Of a DNA stretch of 64,000 nucleotides, positions 42,570 through 53,300 are shown piece after piece. The notes beneath the pieces were generated by a model. That model saw nothing but the letters and a program-made list of their open reading frames with translations. It was not told where the DNA came from and searched no databases. The stretch's first letter is position 1. Each line of letters begins with the position of its first letter. Source of the DNA: Sedimentisphaerales bacterium (lineage in GTDB: Bacteria; Planctomycetota; Phycisphaerae; Sedimentisphaerales; SM23-30); the NCBI GenBank assembly GCA_963663805.2, contig CAXXMR010000008.1, positions 226,691-290,690 on the forward strand, in the 5' to 3' direction. Both the position numbers and the translations under genes were made by a program.

Positions 42570-44698
42570 CAGGAGAACTGTCTTTCGTATAAGGTTCGAT
42601 AAAGTTCGCAGGTTTCGAGCAGTTGTTCGTGGGGGGCTTGAGCGATGATACGGCCGTTATCGAGTACGACGATTCGGTCGGCTTTGACGATGGTGCTGAG
42701 TCGGTGGGCGATGATGAATGAGGTTCGGCCCTGTGAGAAGTGTTCGAGTGCTTTCTGGATTTTAACTTCGCTGTCGGAGTCGATCTGGCTCATGGCTTCG
42801 TCGAAGATGAGAATGGCGGGGTTGCGTAGTATGGCCCGGGCGATAGCGATTCTCTGGAGTTGGCCGCCGGAGAGGGTCGAGGCTTGTTCGCCGATGATGG
42901 TGTCATAACCGTTGGCGGTATCCATGATGAACTCGTGGGCGTAGGCTTGTTGGGCAGCTTCGATGATTTGTTCGCGGGTAATGTCGGGGTTGCTGTAGGC
43001 GATGTTTTCGGCGATAGAGATATTGAACATGATAGTTTGCTGGGTGACGATACCGATTTGTTTTCTGAGGCTGGCCAGTGTGGCCTGGGCGGTGTCCTGG
43101 CCGTCGAATAAAATCTGGCCGCTTTGAGGTACAAAGAATCTGGGGATGAGGCTGAGCATGGTGGTTTTGCCGGAGCCGTTGGGTCCGACGACGGCGACTT
43201 CCTCACCGGCGTTAATAGTGAGATTGATGTCTTGGAGCGTGGGGTGCGGGGCGTTGGGATAGGAGAAGTTTACCTCTCGGAATTCCAGAGTTTTAGCTAG
43301 CGGGGGCAAGGTGACGGCCTGGGGTGGGTCGGCTTCGGCGGGGGTGTCGGTCAGTTCTAAGATTCTTTCGGCGGCGGCGTTGGCGGTCTGGAGGCGGGGC
43401 ATGACATCGCCGAGCTTTCGTCCTGATTCAGCGATTGAACCGAGGAGCATGACCAAGACCATGAAGTCACTGGTTTCCATATCACCGCTGGTAAGCCAGT
43501 AGGCGGCGGCAATCATACCGGCACAAGCGGCGGAGATGCCGAGTACTTCGAGTACGGGCCCGCTAGCGGCGTCGATTTTGGCCATTCGGAATTGCTGTTT
43601 GAGTAGTTTGTCATTTATGCGTGTGAATTCATGATGTTCGAAATCCTCGCGATGGTAGCCCTTGATGACCCTCATGCCGAGCATGGTTTCCTGTAGTCTG
43701 CCGAGCATTTTCGACCAGCTTTCGAGGGTTCTCTTGGTGGCTTTTTTCATTTTTTTGCCGAGCTGCCCGATGGCAAATGCCGCGACGGGCGCGCCGGCCA
43801 TGGCGATGAGTGTCATTTTCGAGTTTATTATCAACGCGCCAATGAGCAGGGTGATGATGGTGAATGGTTCGCGTAGCAGTTTGCCCATTACGGTGGTGAG
43901 TCCCTGGCTGATTCGGTTGGTGTCCTGGACGAGTCGGCTCATCGTGTCGCTGATGCCCTGTTCGTTGAAGTGGGTCAGGGGCAGTCTGATAGCGTTGTTA
44001 AATGCCTGCATTCTCATGGCCATGATGGTGCGGAAGGTGATTTTTTTGACGAGGTACTGCTGAATGAACCGGGTTGCGCAGCGCAGGAATGTCAGGGTGA
44101 GCATTACTATGATGACCATTACGATAGCCTGTCGCCTGAAGGTTGGGTCTGACTCGGCGGGGATGAGTTTAAGAAGCTGGTAGGCGGGTGAAGCGTAGAA
44201 AGGGATTTTTCCGGGCGTTAAAGTTGTGTTGCTTACTGACTCGTCGAGGTGTTTAATGATGAGATTGACGGGCTGGTCTTTCTGAGCCAGAGCCAGAGTT
44301 TTGAGTAGTTGGCCGTGGAGCATGTTTTCGGCGGGTTCTGGGCCGGTCTGCCAGGCCTTGATGACGATGTCGTCCAGGGCGATATGGGTGGTGGATTCAG
44401 CGAAATCCCTTTCGATTTTGATGACCTGCAAGGGGGTTGGGTTTCGCGCTTCATCGCTTTGGGAGAAGTCCTCAAGCTGACGCTGGGGGTTGAAGGTCAG
44501 GCCGAAGCGGTCCTTGACGACGGCCCGATGTATCCAGCCGTGCAGTCCTTCCTCGCGGGTCATGACCTTGAGCATAGGGAGCATGGCGACGATGTTGAGT
44601 GAGAATAGGCCAGCAGCGAGAAAAGCACAGACAAACACAACGATAACTGATTTGTACTGGGGGCGGAGGAGGGTCAGAACTCTACGGAAATATTTCAT
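42569..44698 (-). CDS. MsbA-like ABC exporter (permease plus ATPase) with a large first loop
   Basis: GPNGSGKT, LSGGQ, ILIFDEAMS, IAHRLST; N-terminal TM domain. Confidence 0.9.
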   Translation of the reverse strand: MKYFRRVLTLLRPQYKSVIVVFVCAFLAAGLFSLNIVAMLPMLKVMTREEGLHGWIHRAVVKDRFGLTFNPQRQLEDFSQSDEARNPTPLQVIKIERDFAESTTHIALDDIVIKAWQTGPEPAENMLHGQLLKTLALAQKDQPVNLIIKHLDESVSNTTLTPGKIPFYASPAYQLLKLIPAESDPTFRRQAIVMVIIVMLTLTFLRCATRFIQQYLVKKITFRTIMAMRMQAFNNAIRLPLTHFNEQGISDTMSRLVQDTNRISQGLTTVMGKLLREPFTIITLLIGALIINSKMTLIAMAGAPVAAFAIGQLGKKMKKATKRTLESWSKMLGRLQETMLGMRVIKGYHREDFEHHEFTRINDKLLKQQFRMAKIDAASGPVLEVLGISAACAGMIAAAYWLTSGDMETSDFMVLVMLLGSIAESGRKLGDVMPRLQTANAAAERILELTDTPAEADPPQAVTLPPLAKTLEFREVNFSYPNAPHPTLQDINLTINAGEEVAVVGPNGSGKTTMLSLIPRFFVPQSGQILFDGQDTAQATLASLRKQIGIVTQQTIMFNISIAENIAYSNPDITREQIIEAAQQAYAHEFIMDTANGYDTIIGEQASTLSGGQLQRIAIARAILRNPAILIFDEAMSQIDSDSEVKIQKALEHFSQGRTSFIIAHRLSTIVKADRIVVLDNGRIIAQAPHEQLLETCELYRTLYERQFS

Positions 44699-44936
44699 AA
44701 TTTACCTGATAACAATATTTTATAAAAACCGGGCTTTGGGAGCCCAAACAACACTGTCTATCAGAACACGACTGTTTCGTCAAGGAAAAGTCTTGTGGGA
44801 CAGAGTTTGGTATAGGCCAAAAAGGTTCGATAAATTGTTGTTTTTTTGGGGATTTTGCCGATGATTCTCTGGTATGGTGTGGATATATTACGCCTGAAGT
44901 CGGCGGAGCCGGCGGATTTTGGAAATGGAGTTCCGG

Positions 44937-47900
44937 ATGAAAAAGATTATATGTTTATTTGGGGCGGTCGTTCTTTTGAATTGCCCGGGGTTGTGGGCGG
45001 CCCAGTGGCAGGTGGGTAGCGGGGGTGATTTTAGTGGTATCGGTGAGGCGCTTGGTGACGCCGGAGTGGTCGCCGGCGATGTAATTTTAGTGGCGGCGGG
45101 GACATATTACGAGAATGTGGATTTTTGGGGTAAGAACGTGACTTTGCAGGGGGCGGATACCTCTCAGCCGGAACTGACGATTATTGACGGGGGCGGGGTG
45201 GATAGCTGTATTTTGATGCAGCGTGGCGAGGATGCCAACGCGGTGGTTGACGGTTTTACGCTGACCAACGGCAAGTATAGTTATGGCGGCGGGATATTTT
45301 GCAGCAGTAGCAGTGGGGTTTTTCGCAACTGTATAATCAGTGATAATGAAGCAACTAAAAATGGGGCGGGGGCTCAGATTCAGGTGGGTGCTTCGCCGCG
45401 TTTTGAGAATTGTGTTTTTCGGGATAACGCCGCAGGTGAAAAGGGTGGGGCGATTTACGCGATAGGCTCGACGGTAACTCTGGTTGATTGTGTGATAGAA
45501 GATAATTCGGCGGATTATGGGGGCGGGCTTTATGTTAAGAGTTGTGAACTGAGTTTGACGGACTGTGATTTTCTGAGTAATTCGGTTACTATCGACGGGG
45601 GGGGGTTATATGCTTTGGGGAGTAGCGGTCTGGATATTTTACGGACTTATTTTACGGCTAATACCGCGACGGCGCGGGGTGGGGCATTGTTTTGTGACGA
45701 TTTGAGCGGGCCGAAGATGGTCGCCTGTGTGCTGGATGGTAATGTGGCGGGGACTTACGGCGGGGCGGCCTATTTGCGGGGGGCCAGCAAGGGGACATTT
45801 AATTTTTGTGTGCTGGTCGGTAACAAAGCAGGCGATGACAAAGGTTCGGTGCTGGCGTGCTACAGTTCGAGCCATGCGACTGTAAGCAACAGCATAATAT
45901 GGGATAATGAATATCCGGAGATATTAAAGTCGGTTAGCGATGTCAAAGTTCGGTACAGTGCTTTTGAGCATAATACCGGGGCGACCCTAGAACGCAATAT
46001 AACGGGCAGTGAGAACGAACCGGTGTTTGTTACGGTGGGCAGTTGGGATGAGGATGAATGGATTAGCGGCGATTATCATCTGGTCGACGATTCGCCGGGT
46101 GTTGATTCGGGTGACCCCAATTACGCGGCGGCAATAGATGAAGTTGACGGACTGGACGGCGATGCGCGATATTGCGGGCTGTCGGTTGATATGGGTGTCG
46201 ATGAGACTCATCCGATCTGGCGGGTTCATAATGTAACGCAGGATACGTGGTTTACAGGTGTTCAGGCTGCTATCGACGCGACGGCGGAAGATGATGAAGT
46301 GGTGGTTAATCCGGGATTGTATCCGGAAAATCTGGTTCTGGATACCGCTATCAGGTTACGCAATGTAAAGCCGCTTAATCCTGCGTTTCGCGATGTGACG
46401 GTGATTGACGGTGGTGGATCGGCATCTGTTGTGACGTTTTCGGGAGTAGGCAGCAGCAGTGAATTGTATGGTTTCACCTTGCGGAATGGTCAAAGCAGTA
46501 CACTGGGCGGCGGTGTGTGGTGTATTGACAGCGAACCTTTAATTGGTCGGTGTTTGATAATAGATTGTCAGGCCAGCCAGGGGGGCGGTGTGGGCTGTGA
46601 AAATTCTACGGTTAGTGTTGAATATTGTGTTGTAAAAGGCAATAACGCCAATGAAGGGGGAGGGATTTATGTTGACCCGGACAGCAGTTTGAGTGCTGTT
46701 GGTTCAGCGGTGGTGGTGAATAATGCTGAAATAAATGGCGGCGGAATTTATTTCGACGAATCGGGTGGTGATATAACTTTATGTACCATCAAAGGTAATA
46801 ACCGCTATGGGATTTATGACAACAATGCCGCGGCGGGTGTTACGATTGCTAATAGTATTTTGTGGGATAATAACGGGGACGACCCAAACCAGATTTATCC
46901 GATAGATTCGCTGAATGTTTCGGTCGCGTATACAGCGATGGAAAATGCGTGGGATGAGGAAGGTGAGGGATCTACTAATATCTCCGACGACCCGCAGTTC
47001 GATGGTTATACCGATGAGCATGATGTGGATGACCCGAATGACGATGAATGGATAGAGTATGACTATCAGTTGAAATCTACTTCGCCCTGTATCGAGCGTT
47101 CCAATGTCGCACTTGTGGATGAAGACGGGGTTTGGGATGATATTGTGGATTTGGACGGTCAGGAACGATTGGTGTACTGTCGGCTGGATATGGGGGCCTA
47201 TGAGGTTCAAGAGGCCGATACGCGTCAATTGCTGAATATGGTTACGAATACCACGCTGAACAACAAGTGGTATTGTTCGATTAGTGAAGCGTTGCAGGTA
47301 GCCAAGAAAGGGAATAGCATTATAGTTTCGGTGGGAATTTTTACTGAGAATCTGGAGATTAAAAAGACCGGTATAACTTTGCAGTCATTTAATCCTTATG
47401 ACCCCGACGTGGTTTCCGCGACGATAATCGACGGCCGTAACGGACTAAGTGACCCGAACGGGATGGCTTCGACGGTAACACTGGTTGATAGTAAAGCCGG
47501 TTCGACTTGTCTGAAAGGTTTGACGCTGATAGGCGGGATTGGGCGTGTGGTTTCCGGGGGTACTGCTGATAGCTATTGGGGGGGCGGGATTTATTCCTGG
47601 AATAACTCAGATTTGGAAATTATTAACTGTGAGATTCGTAATAATTCAAGCTCAGTGGGCGGGGGGGCGTATATTCAGAATGCTAACGATACTGTTATTA
47701 GCGGATGTACTTTTAGGCTTAACGCGGCCGCTGACGAGAATGTGGGCAGCGGGGCCGGGCTTCATTTATTCCATTCGGATAATGTCGAAATCACCGATTG
47801 TGAGTTCATCGGAAACGCCGCATCAAGATTAGGCGGCGGGATTTACGCGGATGAGTGTAATGATGTGCATCTGGAGAATAGTCTTATTGTCAGTAACACC

Positions 47901-48722
47901 GCGGCGGTGGGGGGGGGGATGTATTGTCAGGCTGGTCTGGAACATACGATAGATTTTTGTACGGTAGCGAATAATCCGCTCGGTGGCGGGCTGGTTTTTG
48001 GTGATAAGGCCGGGGTTGAAATTGAGAACAGTATTATTTATGGTAATTATTATGGACAGATAGAGGGTAATGACCCTAATTTGACCGTGACTTATTGTGA
48101 TGTTCAGGGGGGATATGAGGGGCAGGGAAATATCGACGCGGACCCGTGTTTTGTGGATGAGGCGGTGGGTGATTACCATTTGAAAAGCGCGGTGATGACT
48201 TTGCCGGTGCCGAAAGGGGATTATGACGGGGACGGAATATTGAATCTGCGGGACTGGGTTGAGCTGGCAGGGGTTTATGGCGAGGCAGACCCGAATTCGG
48301 TGCATGATTTAGATGGGGATTTGGAGATTGGGCTGGGCGATGTGCTTTATATGGCGGAGAACTGGCTGGTGCGGGCGGCGGGTGATTATGAGGTTACCAG
48401 CCGGTGTATCGATACTGGAAACCCGGTTTTGGACCCTTCGCGGGAGGTTACTGCGGCGAATGTGCTGGGCGGACGCAATGTTCGGGTAAATATGGGGGCT
48501 TATGGTAATACCGGTGAAGCGGCCCGGGCACCGGATATTTGGGCTTACCTTTGTGATATTGATAATTCTGGTCAGGTTGATGTGGTTGATTTGGTGCGAT
48601 TTTCGGGGGAATGGTTAGAAAAAGGGTCCGATAAGCCGGTAGATGTCAGTCGGGACGAGAAAATAAATCTGGTTGATTTTGGTCTGATGTCAAAAGATTA
48701 TATGGAACCAGCGATATGGTGA
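44937..48722 (+). CDS. Secreted right-handed beta-helix repeat protein with C-terminal dockerin/EF-hand-like motifs
   Basis: Signal peptide; three modules with repeated N.A..GGG[IL]Y and DMGAY[EG]; GDYDGDGILNLRD and DIDNSGQVDVVDL. Confidence 0.85.
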   Translation: MKKIICLFGAVVLLNCPGLWAAQWQVGSGGDFSGIGEALGDAGVVAGDVILVAAGTYYENVDFWGKNVTLQGADTSQPELTIIDGGGVDSCILMQRGEDANAVVDGFTLTNGKYSYGGGIFCSSSSGVFRNCIISDNEATKNGAGAQIQVGASPRFENCVFRDNAAGEKGGAIYAIGSTVTLVDCVIEDNSADYGGGLYVKSCELSLTDCDFLSNSVTIDGGGLYALGSSGLDILRTYFTANTATARGGALFCDDLSGPKMVACVLDGNVAGTYGGAAYLRGASKGTFNFCVLVGNKAGDDKGSVLACYSSSHATVSNSIIWDNEYPEILKSVSDVKVRYSAFEHNTGATLERNITGSENEPVFVTVGSWDEDEWISGDYHLVDDSPGVDSGDPNYAAAIDEVDGLDGDARYCGLSVDMGVDETHPIWRVHNVTQDTWFTGVQAAIDATAEDDEVVVNPGLYPENLVLDTAIRLRNVKPLNPAFRDVTVIDGGGSASVVTFSGVGSSSELYGFTLRNGQSSTLGGGVWCIDSEPLIGRCLIIDCQASQGGGVGCENSTVSVEYCVVKGNNANEGGGIYVDPDSSLSAVGSAVVVNNAEINGGGIYFDESGGDITLCTIKGNNRYGIYDNNAAAGVTIANSILWDNNGDDPNQIYPIDSLNVSVAYTAMENAWDEEGEGSTNISDDPQFDGYTDEHDVDDPNDDEWIEYDYQLKSTSPCIERSNVALVDEDGVWDDIVDLDGQERLVYCRLDMGAYEVQEADTRQLLNMVTNTTLNNKWYCSISEALQVAKKGNSIIVSVGIFTENLEIKKTGITLQSFNPYDPDVVSATIIDGRNGLSDPNGMASTVTLVDSKAGSTCLKGLTLIGGIGRVVSGGTADSYWGGGIYSWNNSDLEIINCEIRNNSSSVGGGAYIQNANDTVISGCTFRLNAAADENVGSGAGLHLFHSDNVEITDCEFIGNAASRLGGGIYADECNDVHLENSLIVSNTAAVGGGMYCQAGLEHTIDFCTVANNPLGGGLVFGDKAGVEIENSIIYGNYYGQIEGNDPNLTVTYCDVQGGYEGQGNIDADPCFVDEAVGDYHLKSAVMTLPVPKGDYDGDGILNLRDWVELAGVYGEADPNSVHDLDGDLEIGLGDVLYMAENWLVRAAGDYEVTSRCIDTGNPVLDPSREVTAANVLGGRNVRVNMGAYGNTGEAARAPDIWAYLCDIDNSGQVDVVDLVRFSGEWLEKGSDKPVDVSRDEKINLVDFGLMSKDYMEPAIW

Positions 48723-48957
48723 GGTTTTTGACGTTAAAAAGTTGATTTTTCAAGCGCTTACGGTTCAGGAAGCGGCGTTTTATGGTCGATAAAATGTTTG
48801 ATGGAACAATACAGGAGAGTGACTGTCTAATTAACGGCAGGCATAAGGCATGAGTGAACGGCTTGGTGAAGGTGAATTGCTTTGACGAGAGTTTTTTGGC
48901 TGTTAAAATAGGCTAATTGGGTGGGAAAAGACGAGTTGATGTAAAGGCAGGTAAGAT

Positions 48958-49668
48958 TTGGTTAAATGGTTGTGGTGGATAAACTTCGCGATCGCCGGTC
49001 TGGCAGTTCTGACGCTATGCGTGGGGCTGGGGGCTTTGCTGGGTGATGATCTGCCTGCTGTTCATGAGGGAAATCAAGGTGGTGTTAATGCCGATTTGTT
49101 AGTAGATAATTCGGGGGAAAAGGCCGGTGGTGAGAACAAGGATTCTTTGTTAGTCGCTGCGGCGCGGTCATTTGGGAATCGTTTGGATCCACCTCCACCG
49201 CCGAAGCCGCCTGTTCCTCCCCGGCCGGTAGCTCCGCCTAAGCCGGTGGCTCCTCCTGAACCTAAGTTGCCTCCTCCGCCGAAGTTACCGCCGAAACCGG
49301 TTGAGCCTCCTAAGCCTAAGTTACCTCCAAAGCCTCCGCAGCCGAGCTTTACTTTGATGGCCACTATCGGTATGGGTCCGACGGATGGTTATGCTTATAT
49401 CAAGCCTTTGAAAGATAATGACGCTAAGCTGATTCGTCTGGGCGAGAGCATTGAAGAATACATGGTAGTAAAGATAAATGACGGTTCTATAGAGCTTTAC
49501 CGCGAGGGATATTATTATACCTCTGAGGTTCCCAAGCCCAAACCGGGTCAGGTTGGGCCGGTATCGGCGGTAGAGCGTAAGCAGTCTCCGGGTCTTCCGT
49601 CGCCTCCGAGTCGTCCAACGAGGCCTGTTGCGTCGCCTTCCCGCTATACTCCGCCAAGTAAGCGTTGA
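48958..49668 (+). CDS. GspC-like proline-rich membrane protein
   Basis: N-terminal TM, Pro-rich linker, FTLMATI...AYI...IRLGESIEEYMVVKI; upstream of the secretin. Confidence 0.65.
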   Translation: MVKWLWWINFAIAGLAVLTLCVGLGALLGDDLPAVHEGNQGGVNADLLVDNSGEKAGGENKDSLLVAAARSFGNRLDPPPPPKPPVPPRPVAPPKPVAPPEPKLPPPPKLPPKPVEPPKPKLPPKPPQPSFTLMATIGMGPTDGYAYIKPLKDNDAKLIRLGESIEEYMVVKINDGSIELYREGYYYTSEVPKPKPGQVGPVSAVERKQSPGLPSPPSRPTRPVASPSRYTPPSKR

Positions 49669-49824
49669 TTTTTTGAAGTTGAAATGAGGCGTGAACGCGT
49701 CGAAAAAACGCCGCGATTTTGCCGCGAAGAACGATTTTTGACGTTTTTTTTGATGTTTTTTAAGAAAAGATCGCTTTTTTTAAGCGTTTTTTGGTGAAAA
49801 GTTAATAAGGAAAACCGGTTTTGG

Positions 49825-50328
49825 TCAGGGTTGGTCGGCGAGATTAAGCTGCCAGTTCTGTCCGGGCTGACTTCGCTCGAAATTGAAGATTAAGGTCGTT
49901 AGCTGCGGGGGGTGGTTGGGCTGACGTCGGAAATAGATTTGGGTTTCGGATTGGGCATTGAGTTGGTTGGGCTGGACGGTGATGTTGATCAGGTCGGCGT
50001 TCCAGTTTCCCAGGATTATGGACGGTCCTTCGGGGCCGAGCAGGGCGACGGTGATTTGGCGGCCGGTGAGGTCGGGGTCGGCCTGGGCGATCTGGGTGAT
50101 GAGTTGTTCATCGTGGGTTGCCAGGGCGACGAGCAGTCGGTCGGTGAAGATTTTGAGGGTCTGGTGGTCCAGGTCGGTTGGCGGCTGGTAGTTGTCGGCT
50201 GATTTGGGATTATGGCAGGAGCCGACGGCGAGTATAAGACAAAAGGATATTAGTACCGGCAGGAAACGGTAATAATTGGCTAAACAGAGCAAATTTTTTA
50301 TGGAGTATATGGGACGATGACTAAGCAT
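49825..50328 (-). CDS. Putative lipoprotein
   Basis: Hydrophobic stretch ending LAVGSC. Confidence 0.5.
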   Translation of the reverse strand: MLSHRPIYSIKNLLCLANYYRFLPVLISFCLILAVGSCHNPKSADNYQPPTDLDHQTLKIFTDRLLVALATHDEQLITQIAQADPDLTGRQITVALLGPEGPSIILGNWNADLINITVQPNQLNAQSETQIYFRRQPNHPPQLTTLIFNFERSQPGQNWQLNLADQP

Positions 50329-53300
50329 GTCTCTGATAATAACCGCAAGGACGGTGGTAACGCAAGTGTCAGGTGGGCCGAGAAACCCCTGGGTTTCGTG
50401 GTTGAGCTGTGTCGGTGCATGTTTATCAATAAGAGGCGGGGGGCGTTTGGTCTTTTGATTATTTGCGGAATGTTGGGGCTGTGCTGTGTTTATGGTATCA
50501 GCGGTGCGGCAGACGGTGAGAAGTCCGAGAGTGAGTCGGCGCAGAGTTCGGGGGGTGGGATGAAAACTCCGGGTTTGACGGACGAAGAAAATCAGCGGAT
50601 GAACAAGCTGATTTCAGATTTTATAGTTACGACCGACAAGTCAGAACTTGCCGCTATTCAGGTTGAGATAGACAAATTAAGTGAGTTGGCCAAGTTGCGT
50701 CTGGCGGCGGCGAGTGAGTCCGAGGTTGAGCCGGCGGGGCCGGCTGTTCCGGAAAGTGATTTTTTGGTGGGTGATGAGAATGAGCAGATGAACAGCCTGA
50801 TGGCTGCCATGATGGCTGCTCAGGCGGCGGGTGATGACGAGCAGGCCAAGGCGGTTCAGGATGAAATAGATAAGCTGATGCAGGGTGCTTTATCTCGTCA
50901 GGCGGCGAAAAAGTCTGAGGTTCAGTCTGAGCCTAAGTCTCGGTCAGTCAGCAAGAATGGTTTGCTGCCGTCAGAAGAAAAACGGATAAATACTCTGAAG
51001 ATGCAACTGAAGGCTGCCCATGCGACGAATGACCAAAAGAAAGTTGAGTCTATAGAAAGGCAGATAGACGTTTTGATGGAGGGTGCCATCACCCGGCAGA
51101 GGAAAGCGGAGTTGGGGGAGCCGTCGGGCGAAGATACGGAAGCGTCGTCGTCGTCGGATGATGCAGAGGTTGATGAATTGATGGCTGAAGTTGAGGCCGA
51201 GGTTGAGGCGGCAGAAGAATCTTCTGATGAAGCTGCGGTTGAACCGGACTCTGATCCGTCGGAAACGGAAGAGCCGGCTGGGGCTGCTGATGAGAAAAAA
51301 AATGAGCCGGTCGAAGCGGTCGAGCAGGCTTTGCCGAAATTGGCTCCTCCGCCGGTGATACCGAAGCCGGACCCTCAGCCGGATGATATTGTTAAGCTGG
51401 ACCTGAAAGATGACCAGCTGGATTTGGGGATGCTGATAGAGACGGTTGGTAAGGAGTTGGGTTTCAGCTTTTTGTATGACAATGCTTCGGAGCAGGCGTT
51501 CAAGGTTAAATTGCGTCAGTATGGCGATGTGCGTCGGGGTGATTTGCTGCCGCTTTTGGAGTCGGTATTGAGTTTTTCGGGTCAGACTCTGGTTCGTGAG
51601 GATCCGTTTATTCGGGTGGTGAATAAGGTTGAGGCGACAAAGAAGGCTACTCCTTATATGGGTTTTGGTCTGGAGATGCCTGATATTGCCGAGGGTGACG
51701 CAGTAGTGACTCAGATAGTTCCTTTGCAATATACTCAGACGAATACGGCGAAAGCCTTTTTGACGAATTTCACGCCGGACGCTTCGGGTATAATCGATGT
51801 TCCGGGTTCTAATCAGTTAATAATTACGGAATACGCCCAGCGTCTGGAACGGCTGCTGCAACTGATAGAGCTGATAGACCAGCCTGGTCCGGAGCGTGCT
51901 CTGGAAGTGATGGATTTGGAGTTTGTCAAGGCTGATGACGTCAAGGGTCAGATAGAGGAGCTATTGGCTGCTTTGGCAGAGCAGGGTGTATTGGAAACTG
52001 GTGGAGAAGGAGCCCCTGCCCCGGTTCGGATTGACCCGCGAACGAAGCGTCCGATACGTAATCCGGCGAGCCCTTCGACGGGTGGTTCTTCGGGCAAGGA
52101 TGGTCCGACGATTCTGGTGGATGAGCGAACGAATCGTTTGTTGGTGGTGGCGACTGAAGATGAGATGGATATGATTCAGGAGCTGTTGGATATACTTGAT
52201 ATAGACCGTCCTGATTTGGAAATATCTTTGGAAGTTTTCACGATAGAATATGTTGAAGCGGCGGAGATAGTTGACCAGTTGGATAGTTTGCTGGAAGCGT
52301 TGAGTGACGAGAAGGCTTCGACGGCAACGACTGGTGAGAGTGGAACGGCTGCTGCTGCTCCGGCGGCAGTTAAGGCCCCTCAGCCGGTTCGGTCTCGGAC
52401 GAGTCGTACCCGTGATTCGGGCGATAAGCGTACAGGTCCTTTTTTGCTGGCGGATGAGCGTACGAACCGGGTTTTGATGGTTGGTACTGACGAGCAGGTT
52501 GACCAGATAGAGGATTTGCTTTTTGTTCTGGATGTTCCGCCGGTGGAGTATGGCCAGCAGGAGTTGTTTATTCATCAGCCGCAATATGTTGAGGCTGAGG
52601 AAGTACGTCGGATACTGGATGATTTGGAGATTACCCGTTCGACTCGTCAGAGTGCGCGGGATCGGGCTCGGACTTTTGAGCGTGGTCGTACGCCTGATAT
52701 GCGGGCTCGGACGACGGGTGATGAAAATAATAATGACGGTGGTTTTTTTGGTGCGGAAGAGCCTGATGTTCGTATCGCGATACAGGAATCGACGAACCGG
52801 ATATTCATTATGGCGACGGCGAAGCAGCTTAAGGATATACGCGAGATAATGGAGTATATCGATATAGAGCCGGAGGACCGGCTGGGTGCTATTAAGATAT
52901 ACAAGCTGGAGAATCGTGACCCGGAAAGTGTTCAGGAGATGCTTACGGAGCTGATGGAGAGCAAGCAGGAGGTTATGCAGGGTGAGCAGAATGTTAATGT
53001 TCCGGGTCGCGAGGGCGCTCCGATTATCGTTGCTCTTAAAGATATTCACGCGGTGGCGGTGCGGGGTACGAAGACTCAGCATGAGGAGATTGCCGCGATA
53101 ATCGAGCAGTTGGATGAGCGTTTGCCGCAGGTGTTGATAGAGGCGATTCTGGTGCAGATAAACGCCGACGATATTTTGAAAGTTGGTATTTCTCTGAAGG
53201 ACAAATGGGAATTGGGTGGTTCTCGGATGATTTCGGGTATTTCGCCGTTCCCGCTGGGTGAGCTTACCCAGAGTGATAATAATATTGTGAGCGGTACGGG

